A stretch of 60,835 bases of DNA, the filler included, from Globobulimina sp. (Eukaryota): NCBI GenBank assembly GCA_003354225.1. It is 13 parts of 13 records of this genome, joined end to end, with 100 filler letters (N's around TTAATTAATTAA, not from the genome) between each part and the next. Parts side by side here need not be neighbours in the genome. Positions count along the whole stretch, not along the records: positions 9,386 to 13,976 come from PIVH01001088.1; positions 14,077 to 18,667 come from PIVH01001089.1; positions 18,768 to 23,357 come from PIVH01001090.1; 10 more parts are not named here. One strand, given 5' to 3'. This document shows positions 11,650 through 23,457 of the stretch, piece by piece; position 1 is the first letter of the stretch, and the number at the start of each line of letters is the position of its first letter. The notes beneath the pieces were generated by a model. That model was not told the origin of the DNA. It searched no databases and worked only from the letters and a program-made list of their open reading frames with translations. Both the position numbers and the translations under genes were made by a program.

Positions 11650-13656
11650 TCATTGCTCAACAGCCTTAAACAATAAACTTTTATCATATTTATTATTTTC
11701 AATATTTACATCAAAACCAGCATTAAAAAATAGTTCCATAAACTGGCCAAATATGACTGGACCTTTAAATTTCGCATTTTTTAATTCAAATTGTTTTAAT
11801 CCGTGATCTTTTTCTAATTTCATGACAATGGATAACAACTCACCTAAATATCCTTCATTTGCATCAATTCCTTGATGGCCACCATCAATTCCAATATACT
11901 CACAGCTTGGAAAGAATTTCATCATTTTATCTATTAATACCATATTTTGTGTTGAATTTGACGTGAACGCTCCGCTTAAATCCTTATAGTAATCCTTAAA
12001 CCAATAAAAATTAATCGTTATTCTTTTCGCATAAATCACGAAATATTCAAATAAATTCTTAATATAATCTGAAAATCCATCATTATTTTTACTTAATATT
12101 TTATAAATTAATTCCAAATCAGATTTCGATGGTCTTTCATTTGGCCGTTCGCCTGAAATTATTGTATCTAAAACAGATAACGCAGACACAAATCGTTTAT
12201 AATTTTTACCCAATGCAACTTGTCGAATATTTAATATCCTTAATGGCAGAGCACCGCCACAAAATAATAATTGTTCTTTCATAATATTTGCACTTAATTA
12301 ATATTGTTGCACTGTTAAAAGCTGTCGTTCAAGTAAAATGTTACACGATTTTTCGAAATGTTTTACTTGAGTGACTTTACTTAAAACATGACACCGCACT
12401 GCATACCTTAACCACGACAAATCAAAATAGCATAGTCTTGAATCGTACGTTACCAACTCTAAAATGTAGCCATTGCCATTATCAGTTGAAATCAATGCAC
12501 TTTCAATACACGGTGTGGTAAGGATTGGCGCATTAAACCTTGCAATGTACTCACCGAATAAAAATGAATCTAAACAATTGATTGGATAATAAAATAAATC
12601 GTATTTACATTTGGTTAATTCTGTGCCATAACATTCGACCGCTTCCCTTATCAAGCGACTAAATTGATAAATTTCATAATTCAATTCCTTCTCTTCTTTC
12701 TCTTCGCCATCACCACAAAGCACCTTACGATATGCTCGAAAAGCAGGCGGAATATCAGCGCATACTATTAATGATAGGATATGCTCTAATTCTAATGCTT
12801 CGTGCTCCACAATATACCAATCTGTCTCATGGTCTTTATTAGCTTTGATTTTTTTAAATTCATCGCTTGTTTTAAAAATTATGGCTTTGCTTCTGATGGA
12901 ATTTAATGAATCTATCTCCAATTTATAGACGCAATTATTTGTTAATTCCTCTTTTAAATTCGCATACTTTTTATTGGTATACATTTGGTCATTACCTCGT
13001 GTCCAATAATTATATCTTGTTCCATATGAATAATATTCAAAAACTGTATATTTTTTATTTTTTGTGCGATTTTGCGTATAGTAAAAATGTATACAAATGA
13101 ATTTATAGAAAACTCAACGATCGTAATTTTGTTTGATGTCATCATTGTCTTTATTTTCGTTTAAATAATTCGGAATTACATCTTTCAATTTTGATTGTTT
13201 GTCATTTAAATAGGTTTTTAATTTTGTTATTTCATTGTCAGTGTCATTTATATTTTTTTCCTCCTCATTGCCATATTGTTTGCCCTTTATTTTATATCCC
13301 AAATCATACGAATGAAGGAAATATACATAGAGTGAGTCTAATAAATTTAAATAAAATGCAGTTGATTTATGTTTGATTTTTTTGTTTTTATTGGGGTCAT
13401 AAAAACGTTTTAATGGAACAGACGAATTTATATCGATGGCACCTAATGATTTAATTAATAAATTATGTATTTCTTCAAACGTTTGGTTGTTTGTATTTAG
13501 GTTTCCATTCAATAATTCCTTAAATATTTTAATATAATCATTAAGCAACGAGGCATGCTCTTTCTCGATAAACGGTACTAATCTGAATTGATATAATATA
13601 ATATAACAAATATATTTTATTTCAACTGATGACACTAAACTTTGACGGGTCGTCAT
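11650..13656 (-). CDS. Lineage-expanded family protein, possibly with a degenerate ART-like domain; introns 13044-13118 and 12293-12406
   Basis: Two GT-AG introns join three ORFs in frame, giving YSYGTRYNYW..KKYANLKEEL and FDLSWLSANIMKEQLLFCGG. Confidence 0.7.
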
Positions 13657-13762
13657 TTTTTTGATGGAATTTTAATGTTTCAATAACTCTTTGCAACGGT
13701 TTACTTTCGTGACACGACGACATTGTGTTTAAGATTAAAAAAATAAAGCACAAAAAATATAA

Positions 13763-13888
13763 AATATAATTACAAAAAATCGCACAAAAAATATAATTAC
13801 AAAAAAGGTCCGCGGCATATAATTACAAAAAGGTCCGCAGCATATAATTAATAAGAATGTACTTTTACTTGTCCGCAGCATATAATTT
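13763..13888. repeat. Degenerate ~25-bp tandem repeat (ATATAATTACAAAAAGGTCCGCRGC)
   Basis: About 5 imperfect copies of ATATAATT, three with GTCCGC(G/A)GC. Confidence 0.75.
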
Positions 13889-14078
13889 AGCAAATATTCC
13901 ATTTTTATCTTGAATTAAATTATGAAACGTATCAAATTGTACAATTTGTCCTTGATCTAAAACCATAATTTTATCANNNNNNNNNNNNNNNNNNNNNNNN
14001 NNNNNNNNNNNNNNNNNNNNTTAATTAATTAANNNNNNNNNNNNNNNNNNNNNNNNNNNNNNNNNNNNNNNNNNNNAA

Positions 14079-14240
14079 CAATTAGGGTTAGGGGTTTTGA
14101 TTATCGGTTGGGTAGTTTTCACTGGTGGAGTCGCTCTGATTACGCTGCGCTCATATTGGCAGGCGCAGGGCCCTTTGCATCGCAACCGTATTAAGTATTG
14201 GCTCTTAGCTCTTTGTTTAATTGTTGGTGGTGATGCCTTG
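14079..14240 (+). CDS. Fragment of a bacterial-like membrane sensor protein (probable chimera)
   Basis: Open frame QLGLGVLIIGW..TLRSYWQAQGPLHRNRIKYWLLALCLIVGGDAL, higher GC than the host. Resembles Chloroflexi sensor-kinase membrane regions (from memory). Confidence 0.5.
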
Positions 14241-14642
14241 TGACTGCAGGTCGTTGTCATCGATGATGTTGATGACTTGTCCAGACATGTCGCTGTTTGC
14301 CAGTAAGACCGCAATGGCATTGTTTTGCTGTGCTATGTAGACTTTGTAATGGTTAGTGCAGTCTCCGTGGGATTCAAATATTAGGACCATTTTGAAAGAG
14401 ATGTCTGTGCTGAGTCCATTGGGGGAGCAGATATCGTCGTTGATGGTATCTAAGGTTACCAATTGTGTCGGTGGTATAGAATAACTGTAGGGAGCAAATA
14501 ACGCTTTTGATGAAGTTAAGGTGGCGGATAAATTGGTTGGGGATGTAATTTGGACGTAGGATTGGATTGCACTGCAATTCGTGGCGGATGATGTGGTGTT
14601 GATGTAGGTTAAAACGATAATAATCAAAAGTACTGCGTCCAT
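14225..14642 (-). CDS. Secreted PA (protease-associated) domain protein, 3' truncated
   Basis: Signal peptide MDAVLLIIIVLTY; KMVLIFESHGDCTNHYKVYIAQQNNAIAVLLAN is a typical PA motif. Confidence 0.8.
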
Positions 14643-14677
14643 GTTTAAAGTGAGTGTAAAATAAAGTAAGTTTTTAG

Positions 14678-15307
14678 TCATTTATTCGCAATGATTTGAA
14701 TTTGGTCCTGATCGTACATAGCGACAAACATTTTGTAGGTTTTCGTGGTATCGATATTTTTGAATGCTATTCCCAAATTTTTTTCATTGTGTTTAAATGA
14801 AAGTTGCCCATTGTTTAAATCTAAACACATTTCAATGATATCTCCAGTTTTTAGTCTCTTGTCTCCATATTGTTTCCCATTATTGCTCCTATTATATATG
14901 CGGCCATCCCACGCCAAACCATATGCATTGAACACCTCGTTATTCCTTTGTAAGCCAGCTTGTTTGAGGGAAGCTTTAACATCGGCAACATCCCAAATGC
15001 CAATGGTTGACGAATACATCAGCAATAATTTAAACGTCCATTTGCATATTTCATTTTGATTGACATTGTACGAACCAAATATCTGAGCAAATCTGCCACC
15101 AGACAGAGGTGTCACCAATGTGGCGCATTTATTATTTGTTATTGCATCCATTGCATCCATTTTAAATTCTTTATCAAAACTGTCAATCCCTGGATAAAAA
15201 GAGATTACTAATTTCTTTAAAACATCGGCGATCAATGACTTGTTCGTATCTCCATACATCAGCCTAATGTAACCATACACCAACAAGGCAATTGTGTCTG
15301 CTTCCAT
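14678..15307 (-). CDS. SPRY/B30.2 domain protein
   Basis: LLVYGYIR N-terminal motif; CKWTFK, IGIW, GDIIEMCLDL, NLGIAF, YKMFVAM. Confidence 0.85.
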   Translation of the reverse strand: MEADTIALLVYGYIRLMYGDTNKSLIADVLKKLVISFYPGIDSFDKEFKMDAMDAITNNKCATLVTPLSGGRFAQIFGSYNVNQNEICKWTFKLLLMYSSTIGIWDVADVKASLKQAGLQRNNEVFNAYGLAWDGRIYNRSNNGKQYGDKRLKTGDIIEMCLDLNNGQLSFKHNEKNLGIAFKNIDTTKTYKMFVAMYDQDQIQIIANK

Positions 15308-15394
15308 ACATATAAAGAGTTTTTGGGAAGTTTGCCTTGCCCAAAAATATCCGAATTCAAATTTATCGCAAGTGACTTGTGTATTTACTGTAAA

Positions 15395-16470
15395 CTACAA
15401 ATTATCATTATCATTTTTGTCATTATCTTGAATACGTGGGAGCTGCAATTCATCTTCGTCATATAGCAAATTATTATATCGCTCCAATTCTTTCTCTTTA
15501 AAACATGCTAAACACGATTCAATTACGTTATCATCCATTGCAGAACATATGTAAAGTGCAAATATTTGTATTCAAATCCTAAACTGTATAAAAACAACAA
15601 ACTTCCATCATATTTTAATATTTTATCTTTCAAGTCTTGACTATAAAATAAACTTCGATATTTTACATCATTTTGCAACAGATTTTCAGCGATTTTTTCA
15701 AGTTTTAGAAATAATGCCTCATTATTTGACGGCAAAATATTAAATATAATATCCCATGGATCCTATGGTAGTAACAATGTTGATGCAATTCTGTATATCA
15801 AAGAATATATAAAATATATACAAAACGCATAATTAACATTGTAATAAAACTGCAAACATAAATATATTATTTCTAATGGTATTATTTTACTTAGATTTTC
15901 CAATTCGTTTTCAATATTCCTTAGATATCCATGCACTGCCAATGCTTTACGTATCCGTTGTTCCTGAAACTCAACTTTTTCTTCCTGAGTATCAATGATA
16001 TGATTGATATCTTCATTATTGTCATATACATAGATTTCATCTAAATATTTGCTCCATATATTACCGGCATTTGATAATGGGAATATTTTAGAATATTTCC
16101 TGGCAAATTGAATGGCAATATGTTGCTCACTCAATCGTAGGGCTATTATTTGCTGTTCGTTTGTTGCTGCTGCCTATGTGCATACGGTATATGCAAATGT
16201 ATCATGATAATTTATATATTATTTATATATATATCTTACCCATGCTTTTAATACCAATGGGCGTGTACCTTTTTGTTTTAATTTAGATGATGTCAATCGC
16301 CACCATATTTTACGATTGTTTTTCTCCCATTTTAGACGGGCATCTTGGCCATTTTGAAACATAATTATAGTGCCACGGTAACCATTATCAACCCACACAC
16401 TGTTGTTTCCATCCAAACTGTAAACTGAACCTTTCCCACTGAATATTTGTCGCCAGAGTTTGGTTGACAT
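15395..16470 (-). CDS. Multi-exon protein with PH/EVH1-like N-terminus and C-terminal PUB-like domain (apparent frameshift near 15550)
   Basis: VYSLD..WVDNG..RLKW (PH-like); KIAENLLQNDVKYRSL..FLYSLGFE (PUB-like). The C-terminal helix continues in another frame. Confidence 0.5.
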
Positions 16471-16696
16471 ATTTCGATCCACACTTTTTAGGTCACAGAA
16501 AATAAACTCGAGCTCACACTTTTTGTTTTTTCTAAATTTATATATATAGAAACGCTTTGATATAGCTTTGTGTTGGGTTTGTTACATGCAGAGTCATGAA
16601 AATACGATATATTAAAGACATATTTAGATACAAACCATTTATTGCATACATAACAAAAGAGGAGATATCCAAAATGAAACTCGACTCAAACTCGAC

Positions 16697-17687
16697 TTAT
16701 TTGCCAAATGGAATATGAGCATAAATTATTTCATTATCATATAAATTGTCAGTACATGCAATAATTTTACCTCTTGGACCATACAAATGCGTTTTACCAA
16801 ATCCGTTCCATTGATAATCAACTTCAACTTTATCATCATTTTTCTGTATCATCATCATCATTTTTGTTTTGTGTTGTTTTATATTTTGATACACTCCAAT
16901 TGCATCCAATAACATTGTACGGTATGTCCTGTCGTTCCAATAGGTTCGGTAAGCCATCACTAAACCAAATCTGCGCATTATCAACCCAGGCAATGCAATA
17001 TAACAATGTCCATATATTTAGCTGTTTATAACCCGGCAATATTTTATGAATATCAAAGCAAATTCCAAGTCCAACTTTGCCATATTCCGTATCAACACAA
17101 ACTAACTCATTTCCCTGTGTTGCCCATGGAAAGTCACAATAAGGCCATAAATTGGTCTTTCTATAATGTCCAACTATATCACCCGATGGGTTTATCAATG
17201 TTATTGAATTGTAATATTTATTCTGCTGTTTATCTTGAACTGTACAATCAGTACAAACAACTTTTTCTACATAGGGCACTGTTAAATATATTTTTAATTC
17301 TTTGCACAGTTTGCCAAAATATTGAATCATTTCACCATCTTTTAATTCAGCATATTGCTGGGGATCATGACCGGTGAATTTTTTTTTATCTAGGCATGAT
17401 TCTCTGCTTTTGATAGGAATACACCAACTATGCTTAGAATCTTGTGATGCGTATCCTGTAATTGCTGCTTCGGGCAATACAATAAATTTTGCATCATTTG
17501 TTGCAGCTTCTTTTATTAATTTTGTAAACAATTTAATATTTGCTTGTGTCTCTTTGAAAATACTTGGTGCCTGAATTGATGCTACCTTTACAGTCTTTGT
17601 TTTTGTACTATCATTAGATTCATTACCCATACATTTATCATCTTTTTTTTCATTGCTTTTTGGTTGAGCCATATTCATACTGCCCAT
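16697..17687 (-). CDS. Carbon-nitrogen hydrolase (nitrilase superfamily); probable 49-nt intron 16844-16892
   Basis: E-K-C triad: LPEAA, YRKTNL, ICFD. The C-terminal GFGKTHLYGPRG is in another frame, restored by a GT..AG intron. Confidence 0.9.
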
Positions 17688-17764
17688 TAATATAATATAT
17701 TTTCTGAGTAAAGCTTTTCAAACTACTTTTAAATTACTTTTCAAAAACACATTTTAGCGTCAAG

Positions 17765-18667
17765 ATGATGTCCAAAAAGAGCGCTGATTTAAGAATTGAA
17801 AAAGTAATCGATGTTAACGATTATTTCTGTGATAATTATGATTATTTGAGGAAATTACCTGCGACTGGTTCGAGCACAGGAATAGTTGAGTATTTTTGTT
17901 TCGTTTGTCTGATACCGGTACTGTATGTAACAAATAGTTTAATCAAATTAAATACAAATTTAAACAGCATTGTTTTGAAGCATTCTTATTTGATGGAAGC
18001 AGACATTTCATAAAGAAATGTAGCAAATGTTATGTGCAACAATCAAATATTGACAATCCTTGGAACGAAGCAAATGCATTGCAAATTATATCACATATAA
18101 ACTCACAATATTTCCCAGCATTTATTAATGCGGTGGAAGATGCCCGATATATTTGTTTGATCTCAGAATATGTGGATGGTGGTATGTTATATCTTTTAGT
18201 TGCTATCGTATTTTCGTTTTTAATATTTGCATATTTATCTGTCGATCAGTTGATTTATTTGATAGCATCAAAAAGCAGAATGGATGTGGATTGGCAGTGG
18301 ACAAAGCCCAAAGATATTTGATACAAATATCTCAAGCAGTTCGTCATTTACATAACAATAATTTGGCTCATTTAGATTTATCTGCAGAAAACATTCTAAT
18401 TGATTCAAATGATAATATAAAATTGATAGATTATGGTGTCTGCACACAACTAGTTTGTAATGAAAGTGAAGAAAAAAAACAAAGTTCAAATCTGAAGTAT
18501 ATATATACCAAACATATACGTTCGCGTTTATTGCCCGGGAAAGATGGGTATCGCGCACCGGAAATTGAGGAACGAAAAGAATGTGATCCGAGGTTAGCGG
18601 ATGCGTTCAGTTTTGGATATATTGCGTGGACCGTGCTTTGTGGTAATATGCCATTTGAAAGTGCGCA
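17765..18667 (+). CDS. Ser/Thr protein kinase (CAMK-like), multi-exon, 3' partial
   Basis: HFIKK, DNPWNE, SEYVDGG, HLDLSAENIL, IDYG, GYRAPE, DAFSFG. Confidence 0.9.
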
Positions 18668-18767
18668 NNNNNNNNNNNNNNNNNNNNNNNNNNNNNNNNN
18701 NNNNNNNNNNNTTAATTAATTAANNNNNNNNNNNNNNNNNNNNNNNNNNNNNNNNNNNNNNNNNNNN

Positions 18768-21574
18768 ACATTATTTTTTATTTTCTTATTTTTATTTTTA
18801 TCATCCAAAACAGACCATATTTGTTGTTGTGCTCTTCTATAATTCTCACCATATTTGATGGCAATGCGATGCAAACTGATCAGTCCATCAATGGATAAAT
18901 CTTTGCTTAAATCAAAATTGTGCAAAATAATAAAAAAGATGTTATCCAATTTCTCTCTGGATATTCTCGGATATGATGCTAAAACTATCAATGCTTCAAT
19001 TTCATGTTTGCCATTTTCAAATCTTTCAATAAATGCATGATAAAACGACCACATTTTCTCAGTTTGATGCAGATTGCCATAGCTATTCAATATTTGAATG
19101 AATGTTTGGTCATTACTTGCCAGCAAAGATAACATTGATTCATTCCCTTCCAAATCACACAATAATTTATCTGCCATGCCACGGTTTTGTTGATCTGAAT
19201 ATTTAGAGAATGATAACACTGCCAAACAATAACAGTGTACACTCAGTTTGACGCTCTGTTCATTCACCACCAAATGCCACATATTCAGCAAAATATTGCT
19301 GGCAAAATGGTTCCTTGCTCTGTTGATGCATAATATCAATGATTGCAACGCCAATGAATTTAAGCGTATATATTTGTGTTTCAATATGCTGCCACAAATA
19401 CTGTCAACATGCTGCGCTTCGCCATGACGCAGTAAATGCTGCAACAAACATATTAATATGTCATTATTTATCAATATATCATTGTTTAACATATCTGCAT
19501 ATTGTCTGAGCATTTCATGCGTATTACCGAGCAAACCGTAGCCATCAATAATTTGAAGATATTCTTTGTTGCTTAATTTCTGACCAAAAACGGATTGCAA
19601 TCTGTTAATTAATATGGCGATATATTTCTTATTCTGTCCATCATCATTTTTGTTGACTGTCACCAGAATCTGTTTGAAAAAACCAATGTTTCCATCAAGT
19701 TTAAATGCAGGAAATGAGCAGAATGTGTTATCATCGCTCCCTTTCCATTTAATACAAAGACATAAAATAAACAATTTCAGCGTGTCCACTGTTTCTTGTT
19801 TGGACATGTTATCGATATCAAAATAAATGTTGTCAAATTCATTTGCGTTTAAAGTTTGATTTTTTATTTTTTGAATTCGATGGATTGCCGCTGTATCATC
19901 AGAATAATTGCATGCATTCAGTAATTTTATCATGGCATATTCATCCGGCACCAATTCTGTTTCCTTGATCATTTCATCAAATATTTGTATGACAGCATGT
20001 ATTCGGCCATTCCGTCCGTAAACACTCATCATCTGATTCCATACTTTTATTTCATTTCGATACATATCATTTTGAGTAGTTTTTATGTCCTCAAATATTT
20101 CTTGACAAAGATGCAATTTATGTGCTTTTCCAAACAGACATATTAAACGGGTTTGAACTGTTAAACTCTTTGATATTTGATGATATTCTTTGTGTTGTTT
20201 CAAATATCTATGAATCCACAGTCCAACATTCAAAGCAGTGCTATCCAGACAGGCTCTGAGTACCACACCAAATGTATTCTCGTTTGCTTGCATTCTCTCC
20301 TTTTTATTGCCAGTCAGTGTCGATTTGAATAATTCAATGCATTCAATGTGCAAATCATTGTCGCAAAATGCAGTCATCATAATATTCACAACCACAATGT
20401 CTCGTTTCTCGGCAGGAATAGCATCGAAAACTTGTGTGGCACTCTCAATGTCTCCCATTGCTCCATAAAATTCAATGATGGCACTTAGTAACAAAATATT
20501 GCAATTTCCAGCATTAATGTCGAGAGAATGGATAATCTGTTGACCACATTTGAAGTCATTCAGATTTAATGCTGCCTTTATCGCCAATAAATGCGTGGTC
20601 TCATCATTTAAATTCGAATCTGCTGTTTGTTGATAGAGAGACTGGACATCCTCAAAATGGCCACTGTTCAACAATGCTTTCATCAAAGCCCCAATGCAAT
20701 GAATGGATCTGTTTGGAGCAGGAATTGAGTCAAACACATTTTGTGCAGATTGGATATCTTTGCATTCTCCGTAGAAATCAATGATTGCAGTTAACAATGG
20801 AAATGAATGCGTTTTCTTATTATTATTATTTTTGTAGTCTATGTGGTGAGATATTATTTGTTGACCAAATGCAAAGTCGCCAATATTTTGACAGGCCTTC
20901 AATGCCAATAAATGCGTCCTTTCGTTGTGCACTGCGTAGTGTTCCTTGTATACTGCGAGTACTTTGTCATAGTGTTTGTTATTGAAATGCGCCGACATCA
21001 ATGCACCAATTATGGCGATGTTTGCTTTATGTTTCGGAAATTTATTGAATATTCGCAGTGCTTGCTCCATCTTAGCACTTTGAGCCAATGCATTGATCAA
21101 TACACAATAAACATTGATAGTTTCTGTCAACTGATTGTGAGACAGTATGTATTGTAGCATTTCTATGCATTTTTCAAGTTGCAATGTGGACAAATTTGTT
21201 TGCAAACATTTGGCACAGCATTTTAGTAATAATCCATGAGATATATTCTCCATATTTTGTGTCTCAACAATATCATCCCAGAGATTGAATATTTTGCCAG
21301 ATGCCACAGGATAAACACTGCAGATTTTTAATAATTTGTTGATAGAAAAATGATTTCTTTGTTCCTCGATGCTGTCATAACTATTAAATGCAAAACATAT
21401 CATTTGTGGTGGATCCATCTGTGATATTTCCATATCTTTCATCAGTTTAATATACTCGCGATTAGTCTTAGTCACTCTGTTGCATTTTGTTGCAGTTTGC
21501 AGAGCATAGTTGCTGTTACAAAACCATATATTTACGATGCACTTGTTACTGTGCGATGGAAAATTAAGGAACAT
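18768..21574 (-). CDS. Pentatricopeptide repeat (PPR) protein, 3' partial
   Basis: Repeated ~35-aa units such as LTAIIDFYGECKDIQSAQNVFDSI and VWNQMMSVYGRNGRIHAVIQIFDEM. Confidence 0.9.
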
Positions 21575-21649
21575 TATGTAGAATCATACAAAACATTTCA
21601 TGTTGGTTTTTTGCGTGGTTCAGTTATTAGAAACGTTTCTCAAATCCCA

Positions 21650-22690
21650 ATGCAGAGAGTGTTGAGCAAATCGTGTGCAATGGATCTTTATGGTCCAATC
21701 TACAAATTCCACCCTCAATTTGGCAGCAACTTCAATGTAATCAATAGCAAACCGTGTATGGTTGCTTATAGCTATGAAGCCGTGGAATGGCAGAAATCAA
21801 ATGCAGTGATCGAATCGAGTGATATTGTGATTGCGAGTTACTTCAAAACCGGAACGCATTGGGTCAAAAAGATATTATTAGAAATCATGAGACATCATAC
21901 ATTTACCAAAGATTTAGGTCGCTTTCAAAATATTAATATATCATTTGATATGCCCAACATTGATGTAACTCCAATAGCTGATAAATACGATAATAATCCA
22001 AGAATAATGCATTCCCATTATCACAGTGAAGATTTCAATGAGATTCAAAATATGAATGACAAAGCCAAATTAATTTATATCACCAGAAATCCTAAAGACA
22101 CCGCTGTCTCATTCCATTCAATGAACACAAAGCTGACAGATACAATGGAGTTCAATGGCGATTATGATACGACAATTGAGATGTTTCTAAGTGGGCTGAC
22201 ACAATGTGGCGATTACTGGTATATTTTATAAATGGTTCAATTAATAATATAATATATTTTTGTGATAAATAAATAAAGGGATCACGTATCGGGTTGGCGA
22301 CAGGTTTACAATGAGAATAAGTATGATATGCTATGGTTATATTACGAGGATGTACTGAATGACACAATGGCTAATATTAAATTGATTGTTAAACATATTG
22401 GATTGGATAATGGAGGGTTGGACGCTGAGGATTATGATAGCATTTATGATAAAGTATTATTTGAAAATGTAAAGAAAGAATATAATGAAAATGAAGGCAA
22501 TTTGTATGAAATAATTGGGCTGGGATCAAATGAGTTTTTTAGAAATGGAAAAAGTAATGATTGGATAAATTATTTTAGTGATAAAATGTCTCATTATTAT
22601 GATTGCAAAACGTTAATTAAATTTGATAAATATAAAGACATCAAATATTACAAAGAAGTGGTTGAATCTGTGCCTTGTGTATCTGAATAA
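21650..22690 (+). CDS. Cytosolic (aryl) sulfotransferase; intron 22219-22278
   Basis: ASYFKTGTHW (5'-PSB loop), YITRNPKDTAVS, YW|DHV across the intron, YYED, FFRNGKSNDW. Confidence 0.92.
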
Positions 22691-22737
22691 GAATTCGAAT
22701 CAATTATGATATTGTTTGTTTTGTGTGTATGTGTACT

Positions 22738-22775
22738 TTAGAAACACTTCGTTTTCCAAAACGAAGTGTTTCTAA
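22738..22775. repeat. Perfect 18-bp-arm palindrome downstream of the sulfotransferase stop
   Basis: TTAGAAACACTTCGTTTT-CC-AAAACGAAGTGTTTCTAA. Confidence 0.95.
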
Positions 22776-23457
22776 CAGGCACTATTTAACGTAATTGGTT
22801 CTAATGACAGCACACTCACAATGGATAAATACAAAGATATCAAATTCATTGGAACATGATTTATGGACAATGTTGAATGCAAAATTATTACTACGTACAA
22901 TTAAAAACAATTCCTGACAAGTCAATTAACAGTGATTTTCCGTGGCAAATACAATTGCAATTTCTCAAATTCAGATGTGTTTGTAAATTGTCTAAAAGAG
23001 TCTTTCATTAAACTGTACAAACTATCACAAACATCATCAAATGCATACAATAAAAACTCCATATCAATCTCACTATTATTTTCACTCATTTTCAACATAA
23101 CTTTCTTCAGACTTGACCTTGTCCGATACGACAGATTCACCTGATACTCACAATACGACATACTTTACATATTGACATGCACTGATCAAAGTGACATACT
23201 TTACATATTGCGATGAAATATAACTAATATATTGCACACAGAAGACAACAAAGATATATTTCAATTCCTGCAAAATAAAGAAATTGTCGTGGAATCTGCT
23301 CCAAACACTGATTAAAATATAGATTATAAACAATGATATTATGGGTAAACTAAATATNNNNNNNNNNNNNNNNNNNNNNNNNNNNNNNNNNNNNNNNNNN
23401 NTTAATTAATTAANNNNNNNNNNNNNNNNNNNNNNNNNNNNNNNNNNNNNNNNNNNN

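Noticed and set aside
13044-13118. In-frame TGA read-through (selenocysteine or alternative code)
   Set aside because: The TGA lies inside a 75-nt GT..AG intron; other genes use TGA as a normal stop.
14082-14093. TTAGGGTTAGGG near a contig start as a telomere
   Set aside because: Only two units, wrong strand for a left end, and they lie within an open frame (LGLG).
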